Source: Spirochaetota bacterium (lineage in GTDB: Bacteria > Spirochaetota > Spirochaetia > Treponematales > UBA12059). From it: a stretch of DNA of 64,000 nucleotides. How positions within the stretch are numbered: the first letter of the stretch is position 1; each line of letters opens with the position of its first letter. The DNA is taken from assembly GCA_018816345.1 (NCBI GenBank), contig JAHIWG010000139.1:15769-79768 (forward strand), written 5' to 3'. This document shows positions 32,142-40,150 of the stretch, in pieces. Position numbers and translations under genes: made by a program. The notes beneath the pieces were generated by a model that worked only from the letters and a program-made list of their open reading frames with translations, had not been told where the DNA came from and searched no databases.

Positions 32142-32213
32142 AGCGGGAAACGGGAGTCGGACCCGCGACATCCACCTTGGCAAGGTGGCGCTCTACCACT
32201 GAGCTATTCCCGC
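32142..32213 (-). tRNA. tRNA-Gly (anticodon GCC)
   Basis: Hand-folded cloverleaf: acceptor GCGGGAA/TTCCCGC, anticodon loop TTGCCAA. Closely parallels E. coli tRNA-Gly(GCC). No CCA is encoded. The T-loop reads TCCGACT. Confidence 0.9.
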
Positions 32214-32257
32214 AATACAGTTCCCTCTGCCGCTGACGCTCGGTTCGTCCGATCTAC

Positions 32258-32339
32258 TGCGAGAGAAGGGACTTGAACCCTCACGCCGTAAGGCACCAGA
32301 TCCTAAGTCTGGCGTGTCTGCCAATTCCACCACTCTCGC
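32258..32339 (-). tRNA. tRNA-Leu (anticodon TAG)
   Basis: Acceptor GCGAGAG/CTCTCGC, anticodon loop CTTAGGA, long variable arm, T-loop TTCAAGT. No CCA is encoded. Confidence 0.9.
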
Positions 32340-32428
32340 TCGGAGCCACGGGGCACCGAAACATACTAGAAATCGGCGAACCCTGTCAAGGGCGAGCCAT
32401 CAAGCGATCGCTCGCTTGATGGCCCTAC

Positions 32429-32501
32429 TGAGCCGTGCAGGGATCGAACCTGCGACCCGCAGATTAAGAGTCTGCTGCTCTACCAGCTGAGCTAACGGCC
32501 C
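32429..32501 (-). tRNA. tRNA-Lys (anticodon CTT)
   Basis: Acceptor GGGCCGT/ACGGCTC, anticodon loop CTCTTAA, T-loop TTCGATC. No CCA is encoded. Confidence 0.9.
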
Positions 32502-32543
32502 TGGTATACATCGCAAAACGCTCAAGAAAACCTAAAACAAAAC

Positions 32544-32617
32544 TGCGTCCGGAGGGAGTCGAACCCCCGACCTACGGATTCGAAGTCCGTCGCTCTATCC
32601 AGCTGAGCTACGAACGC
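32544..32617 (-). tRNA. tRNA-Arg (anticodon TCG)
   Basis: Acceptor GCGTTCG/CGGACGC, anticodon loop CTTCGAA, T-loop TTCGACT. No CCA is encoded. Confidence 0.9.
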
Positions 32618-32659
32618 CCGACGCCGATCGGTCCCTAGTACCGGCTTCGAACGTACAAG

Positions 32660-32732
32660 GGTGGATGACGGGTGTCGAACCCGCGACATCCAGATCCACA
32701 TTCTGGGACTCTACCGCTGAGCTACATCCACC
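32660..32732 (-). tRNA. tRNA-His (anticodon GTG) with genomically encoded G-1
   Basis: An extra 5' G pairs with discriminator C. Acceptor GTGGATG/CATCCAC, anticodon loop ATGTGGA. No CCA is encoded. Confidence 0.9.
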
Positions 32733-32750
32733 GTGCGCTTGGCGAGACGT

Positions 32751-32779
32751 ACAATGCCAAAACCCCCGAAAAATGTCAA
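32751..32779 (-). promoter_or_regulatory. Sigma70-type promoter of the tRNA array
   Basis: Minus strand reads TTGACA (32774-32779), 17-nt spacer, CATTGT (32751-32756). An A/T-rich UP-like tract lies upstream. The expected TSS is about 12 nt before tRNA-His. Confidence 0.5.
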
Positions 32780-32786
32780 TAGGATT

Positions 32787-33851
32787 TTAAAATATTTCTT
32801 TCGGGAGGTCTACCATAGGGACGACGGCGCCGCACGACGCGCAACGGCCGCCCGCGAGGCCCGACCGGTCTACCGCGTACCCTCGCCTCGAAACGAGCAC
32901 GGAACCGCAATCCCGGCACTCCGTGATCGAAGGCGCGCCCGATACGTTGCCGGCGTAGACGTACCTGAGGCGCCGCTTGGCCGTCTCTACGAGCCGCCGC
33001 ACGGTCCGGGGAGGCGTAGCCGGGACGGCGTATCGGTACATAGGCCTGTACGCGGAGATGTGCAACGGTATGTCAGGCGAAAGGGAGGCCAGGAAGGCCG
33101 CTATCGAGTCCACCTGCGCGTCGTCGTCGTTCTTGCCGGGAACGATCAGCGTCGTCACTTCAAGGTGCGTCCCGAATCGGAAGGCCGTCTCCGCGAAGGC
33201 TTTTACCGTCTCGAGATCTCCCCCAAGCTCGTCATGGTAGAAATCCGCGTCCCAGCACTTGATATCGACGTTGACGGCGTCGCACAAGGATAGGAGCGAG
33301 GAGGCCGCGTCGGCGCCGGCGCAGCCGTTAGTGACGAGGACGTTCTTGAGCCCTACGGCCCTCGCCGCGCGCATGCTGGCCTCTACGAACTCGGCATGGA
33401 CTATAGGCTCGGAATAGGTATGAGAGATCGACGGGCACGAGGCTCGGAGCGCAGACTCCGCGAGGCCCGCTGGATCGAGCCTCTGGACGGGGGCGTCGGT
33501 CGATTGGGAGATAGAGAAATTCTGGCAGAACGGGCAACGCAGGTTGCAGCCGACGTAGCCGACTGAATAGGTCGAGCTTCCCGGGAGGAAGTGATAGAGC
33601 GGCTTCTTCTCGATGGGGTCTATCGATACGGCGCTCGCCATGCCGTAGAACGGCAGCTCCAGGGTCCCGCCCGCGTTCCTCCTGACCCGGCAGGCCCCGA
33701 AGGAGCCCGGAGACAGGAGGCAGCGCCTGTGGCATAGCGCGCAGCGCGCGAAGCCGCCCGGTAGCCTATCGAAATAGCGCGCTACGGCCGTAGGCGTCGC
33801 GGGCACGGCGTTACGACCTATGCCGCCCGAGGATTTTTTCCTTGAAGACAT
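32787..33851 (-). CDS. amrS: AmmeMemoRadiSam system radical SAM enzyme
   Basis: Radical SAM cluster motif GCNLRCPFCQN, N-terminal Cys cluster CALCHRRC...C, and C-terminal CxxC...CxxC. The overall layout matches the AmrS family. Confidence 0.82.
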   Translation of the reverse strand: MSSRKKSSGGIGRNAVPATPTAVARYFDRLPGGFARCALCHRRCLLSPGSFGACRVRRNAGGTLELPFYGMASAVSIDPIEKKPLYHFLPGSSTYSVGYVGCNLRCPFCQNFSISQSTDAPVQRLDPAGLAESALRASCPSISHTYSEPIVHAEFVEASMRAARAVGLKNVLVTNGCAGADAASSLLSLCDAVNVDIKCWDADFYHDELGGDLETVKAFAETAFRFGTHLEVTTLIVPGKNDDDAQVDSIAAFLASLSPDIPLHISAYRPMYRYAVPATPPRTVRRLVETAKRRLRYVYAGNVSGAPSITECRDCGSVLVSRRGYAVDRSGLAGGRCASCGAVVPMVDLPKEIF

Positions 33852-34188
33852 GGGACTCGCTCATGAACCGGAGAGGCGAATCGACCTCGAAAGGCTCGTA
33901 GCGGATGCCTACCGCCCCGCGGCGGACCCAGAGGCGCACGATCCTATAGCTTTCGCCGGCCTCAGTGACCGGGCTCGGCAAGTCCTGGGCCCCTACTACG
34001 TCGGAGGCCTTGAATTCGTATATCGCCGACTCGTCCTTCCCGTGCGGCTCGACGAGGAGGATGATCTTACCGTCGTCGTAGGGATGCTTCCGCGGGGAGC
34101 CGGTAAAGGCCAGCGCGTCCTGCGGAGGGTCGCTCCTGTAGGCCTGTATCTCGTAATAGGACCCTGAAAGGTATTCTCGCACGCTCAT
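33811..34188 (-). CDS. Hypothetical protein (125 aa) coupled to lnt and amrS
   Basis: Its ATG at 34188 forms an ATGA overlap with the lnt stop, and its 3' end overlaps the amrS start by 41 nt. The longer track ORF (to 34662) overlaps lnt and was trimmed. Confidence 0.5.
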   Translation of the reverse strand: MSVREYLSGSYYEIQAYRSDPPQDALAFTGSPRKHPYDDGKIILLVEPHGKDESAIYEFKASDVVGAQDLPSPVTEAGESYRIVRLWVRRGAVGIRYEPFEVDSPLRFMSESHVFKEKILGRHRS

Positions 34189-35840
34189 ACCGACTCCTTC
34201 CTCGATATCGCTCCGTCGATATACAGTATAAGCGCTAGCGCCAGCAGAATACAGGCCAACGCGGCAATAAACCAATCTCCGTACGACAGATACGGCGTGG
34301 TCTCGCCCGTATACACGGGTATCCTCACGGCCCTCGAGGTCGACTCGAATAGCGGCAACGACTCGAGGATGCTCCCGTCGGGCCCGACGACGGCGGAGAC
34401 GCCGCCGTTGGTAGAGCGCACGAGCGTTCGCCTCAGCTCCACTGTCCTGAACCTCGCGGCTACGAAATGCTGGATCTCCGCGGAATCCGTCTTCGACCAC
34501 GCGTCGTTGGTGAGATTGACGAGCATTTCCGCGCCTTCCAGCGCGAATTCCCGGCATAGGTAGGCGAACGCGTCCTCGAAGCATATCGGCGCGGCGAACC
34601 GTACGGTCCCGGCGCCCTTCGTCGGGAGCTCGAAGATGACGCGCTCGGAGCCCATGACCCATCCGGATTCAAGCCCGACGACGTCCTGGATGAAGTTGCG
34701 CACGGGATCGTACTCCCAGAACGGGATGGCCTCGGCGAAGGGCACGGGATGGATCTTGGCGTAGCTACCTACTTGCTGCCCCCGGGGGTTTATGAGGATA
34801 ACGGAATTCGTAGCCGCGAATGTCTCGTAGTCGAGAATCTCCGGGGCGCCCGTGAACAGGTACGCTCCGGTATCAGCTATGAACCCCGCCAGGGGATCCT
34901 TGGCCGGGGTCCTGGCGTAGAAGCGCTTAAATCCGTTCCACGGGCGCCTGAGCGTCGTCTCGCTGAAGAGTACAATATCGGGCTTGACGGCCGACTCAAG
35001 GATAGCCTCGCGCGCCAGGCCTATCGATACCGACAGGTTCTCCGCTTCCGACCCGCTCCAAGAATCGACGTTCTGCTGCACCATCACGGCGTCGACGAAG
35101 CCCCGAGGCTCCCTAGGCCTATTCAGGGCCACGAACCCGTAGCCTAGGATGCAGGCGAACAGCACGGCGGACACGACCAGCTGTCCGAGGGCCAGGAAAC
35201 GGCTTTCGCCGCCCAGGGGCCTCGCGGGAAGCGAAAAGCGAAGCGGGCCGAGAGGGTTTCGCTCCGCCGCCGTATCGAGCGGAGACGGCAGCATGGCAGG
35301 CGGGGAGCAGAGGAGCTCGGCGAGGGTAGCCGATACCAGAGCCAGCGAGAACGACAGGCCGTACACCCCGGTGGACTCGACTATCTGAACGGCGGGAAGG
35401 ACGGTATTCCAGCTATGCGCGAGTATCCCCCAGGGATAGCCCAGGAAACCGGTCGATTTCCCCCACTCGAACACGGCCCAGCTCATCGCGAATACGAGGG
35501 GACGAGCCAGGCCTCCGCGCTTTAGCGCGCCGCGAAGGTATAAGCCGACGAAGCCGTATACGAGCATATAGGCGATGATGGTCGTGCCGAGCGTCCAGAA
35601 CCGGAAACCCTTGAAGAACCACAGCCAGTAGCTCGAGAGCCCGTGCGCTAGGCCGCCGAACACGGCGCCGACCGCGAAGGAGCCTCGATACGACCTGGTC
35701 GTCTCTAGCGCGACGTAAAGCGGCGCCAGGGCGACGAGCCCGAGCGCGGGGTTGCCCCAGGCGAATAGCTCGTTAGGCAGGGCGAGAGCAAGGAGTACGC
35801 TCGAGACTATTCCGAGCGAGAGAGAGCGTAATTGCCTCAT
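34185..35840 (-). CDS. lnt: Apolipoprotein N-acyltransferase
   Basis: N-terminal polytopic membrane domain, then a CN-hydrolase (nitrilase-like) domain (...VLFSETT..., ...KIHPVPFAE..., ...PICFEDAF...), then a C-terminal TM helix. Confidence 0.9.
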   Translation of the reverse strand: MRQLRSLSLGIVSSVLLALALPNELFAWGNPALGLVALAPLYVALETTRSYRGSFAVGAVFGGLAHGLSSYWLWFFKGFRFWTLGTTIIAYMLVYGFVGLYLRGALKRGGLARPLVFAMSWAVFEWGKSTGFLGYPWGILAHSWNTVLPAVQIVESTGVYGLSFSLALVSATLAELLCSPPAMLPSPLDTAAERNPLGPLRFSLPARPLGGESRFLALGQLVVSAVLFACILGYGFVALNRPREPRGFVDAVMVQQNVDSWSGSEAENLSVSIGLAREAILESAVKPDIVLFSETTLRRPWNGFKRFYARTPAKDPLAGFIADTGAYLFTGAPEILDYETFAATNSVILINPRGQQVGSYAKIHPVPFAEAIPFWEYDPVRNFIQDVVGLESGWVMGSERVIFELPTKGAGTVRFAAPICFEDAFAYLCREFALEGAEMLVNLTNDAWSKTDSAEIQHFVAARFRTVELRRTLVRSTNGGVSAVVGPDGSILESLPLFESTSRAVRIPVYTGETTPYLSYGDWFIAALACILLALALILYIDGAISRKESV

Positions 35841-35891
35841 AGCATCGCATGATACACGCTGATCGATCCGAACGCCAGTCTCGTACGGTCC

Positions 35892-35920
35892 TTGACGCCC
35901 TCCGGCGGGCGGTTTATGGT
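35892..35920 (+). promoter_or_regulatory. Sigma70-type promoter for coaD (leaderless candidate)
   Basis: TTGACG (35892-35897), 17-nt spacer, TATGGT (35915-35920), then 6 nt to the ATG at 35927. Confidence 0.45.
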
Positions 35921-35926
35921 TCCGCT

Positions 35927-36424
35927 ATGGTTAAGGCCGTTTTTCCGGGTTCGTTCGATCCTCCGACCTATGGGCACCTGAACATCATCGAGCGCGCCCG
36001 CTCTATTTTCGAGCGCGTGCTCGTCGTCGTCGCCGTGAACAGGGATAAGCGATACCTCTTCGACGCGGCCGAGCGGGTCGCGTTCATGCAGGAACTCGTC
36101 GCGCCCTGGCCCAACGTAGAGGTGCATACCTGCGATACCCTCATCGTCGAATTCGCTAGGCGCCACGATTGCCGCGTGCTGCTGCGCGGCGTCAGGAGCG
36201 TACAGGACTTCTCGTACGAGTTCGAGCTATCCATACTGAACAAGGGCGTAGGACCGGAGATAGAGACGTTCTTCATGCCGACGGACCAGAAATTCTTCGT
36301 GCTGCGCTCGAGCGCGATCAAGGAGCTCGCGTCGTTCGGCGGCGACGTCGGCGGCATGGTCCCGCCGGTCGTCGAGCGGGCGCTCAAGCGCTTCGTGGTC
36401 GATCCGAGAGAATCGTTACCTTGA
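35927..36424 (+). CDS. coaD: Phosphopantetheine adenylyltransferase
   Basis: [24 protein letters not shown]..., the canonical T/HxGH nucleotidyltransferase N-terminus. The track start at 35849 was trimmed. Confidence 0.92.
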   Translation: MVKAVFPGSFDPPTYGHLNIIERARSIFERVLVVVAVNRDKRYLFDAAERVAFMQELVAPWPNVEVHTCDTLIVEFARRHDCRVLLRGVRSVQDFSYEFELSILNKGVGPEIETFFMPTDQKFFVLRSSAIKELASFGGDVGGMVPPVVERALKRFVVDPRESLP

Positions 36425-36441
36425 CCGTATAGATCGGCGCC

Positions 36442-36470
36442 TTGACAAAATATGCGTATTTCGTTATTGT
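36442..36470 (+). promoter_or_regulatory. Sigma70-type promoter for rpmF-acpP(-rnc)
   Basis: TTGACA (36442-36447), 17-nt spacer, TATTGT (36465-36470). A leader of about 45 nt with a GAGGT SD precedes rpmF. Confidence 0.6.
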
Positions 36471-36518
36471 GCGCCGGTATCCGTTACAGGCACGTAATTG
36501 TGGGAATGAGGTTGTAGT

Positions 36519-36707
36519 ATGGCTGTACCCAGATGTAATACTTCGAAGGCTCGAACGCGCAGGCGACGCTCCATTAACATGAAGCTCGTAGCGCCGACGA
36601 TCGTATCCTGCGGAAACTGCGGCAACGCCGTTCTTTTCCACCGGGTATGCCCGAAGTGCGGCTTCTATCGCGGCAGGCAGGTTTTGACCCCCGAAACCAA
36701 CGCGTAA
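36519..36707 (+). CDS. rpmF: 50S ribosomal protein L32
   Basis: MAVPRCNTSKARTRRRRS... with the zinc-ribbon pairs CGNCG...CPKCG. Confidence 0.92.
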   Translation: MAVPRCNTSKARTRRRRSINMKLVAPTIVSCGNCGNAVLFHRVCPKCGFYRGRQVLTPETNA

Positions 36708-36719
36708 AGGAGATTCGCC

Positions 36720-36953
36720 ATGGATGAATTGTACGAGAAGATCAAGAAGATCATTGCCGATAAGCTCGAGGTCGAAGAGTCGAAGATTAACCTCGACGCC
36801 AGCTTCAGGCAGGACCTCGGCGCCGACAGCCTCGATACCTACGAGCTCGTCTACGGCATCGAGGAAGAGCTTAAGATTCGTATCCCGGACGAGAAGGCTA
36901 ACGAATTCGAGACCGTCCGAGACGCGTACGAGTTCATAAAGTCCCAGGTGTAA
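36720..36953 (+). CDS. acpP: Acyl carrier protein
   Basis: LGADSLDTYELV contains the phosphopantetheine-attachment DSLD motif. 77 aa. Confidence 0.95.
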   Translation: MDELYEKIKKIIADKLEVEESKINLDASFRQDLGADSLDTYELVYGIEEELKIRIPDEKANEFETVRDAYEFIKSQV

Positions 36954-36956
36954 TAC

Positions 36957-36984
36957 CGCGAACGGGCGATAGCGCCCGTTCGCG
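36957..36984 (+). other. Perfect 12-bp hairpin between acpP and rnc
   Basis: CGCGAACGGGCG (36957-36968), loop ATAG, CGCCCGTTCGCG (36973-36984). No U-tract follows. Confidence 0.6.
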
Positions 36985-37008
36985 CGTCGATCGAAGGAGG
37001 CCGCGGCC

Positions 37009-37776
37009 GTGTCCACCCGTTACGACGACATAGGTCGTGATCGGCTGGAAGCGCTCGTGGCCTTTCAGCGTCTATTACGATTCAAGTTCAAGGATAATAC
37101 CCTCCTCGACAGGGCCCTGACGCACCGCTCGTACGTCAACGAGGATCCACGCTCGCTAGGCAATAACGAGCGGCTCGAGTTCCTTGGCGACGCCGTCCTC
37201 GGAGTCGCCACCGCGGCCCGTCTCTTCGTCGCGCTAGGCGACAAGAGCGAGGGCGACCTGGCCAGGATCAAGAGCTTCGTCGTCTCGGAGGATACGCTTT
37301 CCGAGATAGCCGCCAGACTCGGCATGGACGCCCTCCTCATGGTAGGCAAAGGCGAGGAACGATCCGGCGGGCGCAATAAGAAGGCGATACTCGCGGACGC
37401 GCTCGAGGCGGTCTTCGGCGCGGCGTACCTCGACTCCGGCTTCGACAAGGCCCAGGGCCTAGTGCTCTCGCTAATCAACCCGGAAATAGAGAAAGTGCTA
37501 GAGGATAGGCACCGCAAGGACTACAAGACGCTGCTCCAGGAATACGCCCAGAAATGGCACCGTTGCTACCCATCGTATTCCTTGGAGCGCAAGGCGGGCC
37601 CGGATCACGACCGGACGTACTGGATACGGTGCTCCCTCCTGGGCTCCGATTACGGGCCGGCCTCGGGAAAGACGAAGAAGGACGCGGAGCAGGCCGCCGC
37701 GGCCATGGCGTACGAGGCCATCAACGCCAAGGGCGGCCAGGAAGCCGAGAGGCTCGCCGCGATGAAACGGCTTTAG
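37009..37776 (+). CDS. rnc: Ribonuclease III
   Basis: Signature ERLEFLGDAVLG and a C-terminal dsRBD. GTG start with an AAGGAGG SD. Confidence 0.93.
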   Translation: MSTRYDDIGRDRLEALVAFQRLLRFKFKDNTLLDRALTHRSYVNEDPRSLGNNERLEFLGDAVLGVATAARLFVALGDKSEGDLARIKSFVVSEDTLSEIAARLGMDALLMVGKGEERSGGRNKKAILADALEAVFGAAYLDSGFDKAQGLVLSLINPEIEKVLEDRHRKDYKTLLQEYAQKWHRCYPSYSLERKAGPDHDRTYWIRCSLLGSDYGPASGKTKKDAEQAAAAMAYEAINAKGGQEAERLAAMKRL

Positions 37777-39140
37777 ATAACGCCGTGCTTGACCTTGATC
37801 CGCTCGGCTATCTCGAGTAGCCGCTCCCGGGTATTGAGGTCCGGATCGTCGAGCACCGCCTCCAGCATCTCCGCGAGAGCCCTTCCCATCGACGGGCCTT
37901 TAGGCCACCCTATACCGGCCAGGTCGTTGCCGCCTATGGCGAGATCCTTGAGGCTGAAGGCCTGGTCCTTCGCCCTGAGCGCCTCTACCCTGGCTATGAG
38001 CGGCATGACGGAGCGTACGTCGGCGGGGCCGTTTCCCATGCCGGAGGTGTCGGCGAGCCGCAGCTCGGCGAGCGGCTTGACGCTCTCTAGCCCAACCCTC
38101 GAGACGAAGCGCCTGACGGCAGCGTCGGTCCAGTGCTCCGAATAGTCGAACATATGGTGCCTTACGAGGTGAACGACTTCGTCGACCAGGGCGTTGGGGA
38201 ATTTCAGCCGCCTGAGCGCCGCCTCGGCGAGGCGCGCCGATTCGACGTCGTGGCCGTAGAAGGTTAGCGATCCGTCGTCGGCCTCGGCTCGCCTGGCCGG
38301 CTTGCCGATGTCGTGGAGCAAGGCAGCGAGCCTGAGCGTCAAGCGCTGGGGGGCAGCGTCGCAGGCCGCCACGAGGTGGCGGAACACGTCGTAGCGATGA
38401 GGCCCGCCCTGCCCTACGCCCTTGCACCTCGAGAGCTCCGGCAGGATCTCAGGCAGGAGTCCCGATTCGTCGAGGCGCAGGAGCCCCTCCCCGGCCCGGG
38501 CCGACGCGAGTATCTTAGCCAGCTCCTCGCGCACCCGCTCGGCGGATACCTTCCTGAATCGCTCTACGGTAGCGGGAATCGCCGCGAAGGTCGCCTCGTC
38601 GATGGAGAAGCCGAGCCGGGACGCGAACCGAATGGCGCGTAGCGGCCGGAGACCGTCCTCCTCGAAGCGGGCCACGGGGTCGCCGATGGCCCTTATGACG
38701 CAATCCGCGAGATCGCGCAGGCCCCCGTCGGGGGCGATTATAACGCCGGAGTCGGGATCCACGGCCATGCCGTTGATGGTAAAATCCCTCCTGGAAAGGT
38801 CCTCGAGGAGGTCGGAGGTGAAGCGCACCGATTCGGGGCGGCGTCCGTCCTTATACTCGCCGTCGACGCGGAACGTCGTCGTCTCTATGGAGCGCCCCTG
38901 CCAGCGCACGGTTACGGTGCCGTGCTGGATGCCCGTCGGTATGACTGACCGGAACAGGGACCTGACCTGCTCCGGCTTCGCGTCGGTAGCGGCGTCCCAG
39001 TCGCTTACCGGTAGGCCGAGGAGGCTGTCCCTCACCGCCCCGCCGACGAAATAGCACGAGAAGCCGGCCTTGGCGAATACCCTGGCGAATTCCCTCAAGT
39101 CCTTCGGTACGTCGATGCGCCTACCCATGCCGGGCCTCAC
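37773..39140 (-). CDS. cca: CCA-adding tRNA nucleotidyltransferase / poly(A) polymerase family with HD domain
   Basis: FVGGAVRDSLLG...DWD (class II nucleotidyltransferase head) and LLHDIGKP (HD domain). Every tRNA in this window lacks an encoded CCA. Confidence 0.75.
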   Translation of the reverse strand: MRPGMGRRIDVPKDLREFARVFAKAGFSCYFVGGAVRDSLLGLPVSDWDAATDAKPEQVRSLFRSVIPTGIQHGTVTVRWQGRSIETTTFRVDGEYKDGRRPESVRFTSDLLEDLSRRDFTINGMAVDPDSGVIIAPDGGLRDLADCVIRAIGDPVARFEEDGLRPLRAIRFASRLGFSIDEATFAAIPATVERFRKVSAERVREELAKILASARAGEGLLRLDESGLLPEILPELSRCKGVGQGGPHRYDVFRHLVAACDAAPQRLTLRLAALLHDIGKPARRAEADDGSLTFYGHDVESARLAEAALRRLKFPNALVDEVVHLVRHHMFDYSEHWTDAAVRRFVSRVGLESVKPLAELRLADTSGMGNGPADVRSVMPLIARVEALRAKDQAFSLKDLAIGGNDLAGIGWPKGPSMGRALAEMLEAVLDDPDLNTRERLLEIAERIKVKHGVI

Positions 39141-40150
39141 AGGATCAGCATCGCGTCGCCGTACGAGAAGAAACGGTATCGTTCCTTGACCGCCTCCTCG
39201 TACGCGCCGAGTATGCGCTCGCGGCCCGCGAAGGCCGATACGAGCATCAGGAGCGTCGATTCCGGCGTATGGAAGTTGGTGAACATCGCGTCGACCGCCT
39301 TGAACCTATAGCCCGGATAGATGAATATGCTCGTCGCCCCGGATCCGCATCGAAGGCCCCCGTCGCCCCAGGAGCTCTCCAGGGTCCTCACGCTCGTAGT
39401 GCCGACGGCGAGCACGGGGCGGCCCTCGCGCTTGGCCGCGTTCACGGCCTCGGCCGTCTCCTCAGGCACGGTATATTCCTCGAGATGCATCCGGTGATCC
39501 TCGACGGCCTCCGCCCTGACGGGCAGGAACGTGCCTAGGCCGACGTGCAGGGTCACGAAGCGGAGCTCGACCCCCGCGGCGCGAAGGCCGTCCAGTATCC
39601 CCGGAGTAAAATGGAGGCCGGCGGTAGGAGCCGCCGCGGAACCGCGCTCGCGGGCGTAGACGGTCTGGTAGCGGTCCGCGTCGTCGGGGACGTCGTCGCG
39701 TCGGATGTAGGGAGGCAAGGGAAGGTGGCCGACGCGCTCCAGGTAATCGTCGTCGATCTCCCTCGAGAATTCGAAGACCCTCTCGTCGGGACGCACCTCC
39801 CGGACTTCCGCCTCGATGCCCTCCGGAAGGCCGAGTCGCTTCCCGGCCTTCAGCTTCGCCATCCTCGTAGCGACGGCCGCCCATCGGGACGGCCCCTCTC
39901 GCCTCAGGAGCAGTAGCTCTACCCGGCCCCCGCCGGCGCTCGTGGCGTACAGCCTGGCCCGCCGTACCTTCGAGTCGTTGAAGACCATCACCGCGCCGCT
40001 CGGCACGAACGACGCGATATCGCGTACGCTCGAGTGCACGATGCCGCCGCCGCCGTCCAGCACGAGGAGGCGCGACGCGCCGCGCTCGGCCGTCGGGCGC
40101 TGCGCTATCAACTCCTCGGGGAGGCTAAAACTGAAATCCGTCGTCAGCAT
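39137..40150 (-). CDS. queA: S-adenosylmethionine:tRNA ribosyltransferase-isomerase
   Basis: MLTTDFSFSLPEELIAQRP...LPLPPYI...AAPTAGLHFT...VGTTSVRTLES. Confidence 0.95.
   Translation of the reverse strand: MLTTDFSFSLPEELIAQRPTAERGASRLLVLDGGGGIVHSSVRDIASFVPSGAVMVFNDSKVRRARLYATSAGGGRVELLLLRREGPSRWAAVATRMAKLKAGKRLGLPEGIEAEVREVRPDERVFEFSREIDDDYLERVGHLPLPPYIRRDDVPDDADRYQTVYARERGSAAAPTAGLHFTPGILDGLRAAGVELRFVTLHVGLGTFLPVRAEAVEDHRMHLEEYTVPEETAEAVNAAKREGRPVLAVGTTSVRTLESSWGDGGLRCGSGATSIFIYPGYRFKAVDAMFTNFHTPESTLLMLVSAFAGRERILGAYEEAVKERYRFFSYGDAMLIL

Noticed and set aside
31999-32199. N-terminal 67-aa extension of the trigger factor ORF
   Set aside because: The extension runs through the terminator and into tRNA-Gly. 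The family N-terminus begins at the GTG at 31998, which has a proper SD.
32142-32732. tRNA cluster as an integration hotspot for a genomic island
   Set aside because: No integrase, no duplicated tRNA 3' fragment and no compositional break lie nearby. The flanking genes (tig-clpPX-lon, radical SAM-lnt) are core housekeeping genes.
34189-34662. Upstream 158 aa of the 283-aa ORF 33811-34662
   Set aside because: It fully overlaps the well-supported lnt C-terminus in another frame and is Arg-rich. Only the distal 125 aa, starting at the ATGA junction, is plausible.
37555-37566. TGGCAC..TTGC sequence resembling a sigma-54 -24/-12 promoter
   Set aside because: The spacer is only 2 nt rather than the required 5 nt or so between TGGCAC and TTGC, and the site lies inside the rnc coding sequence.
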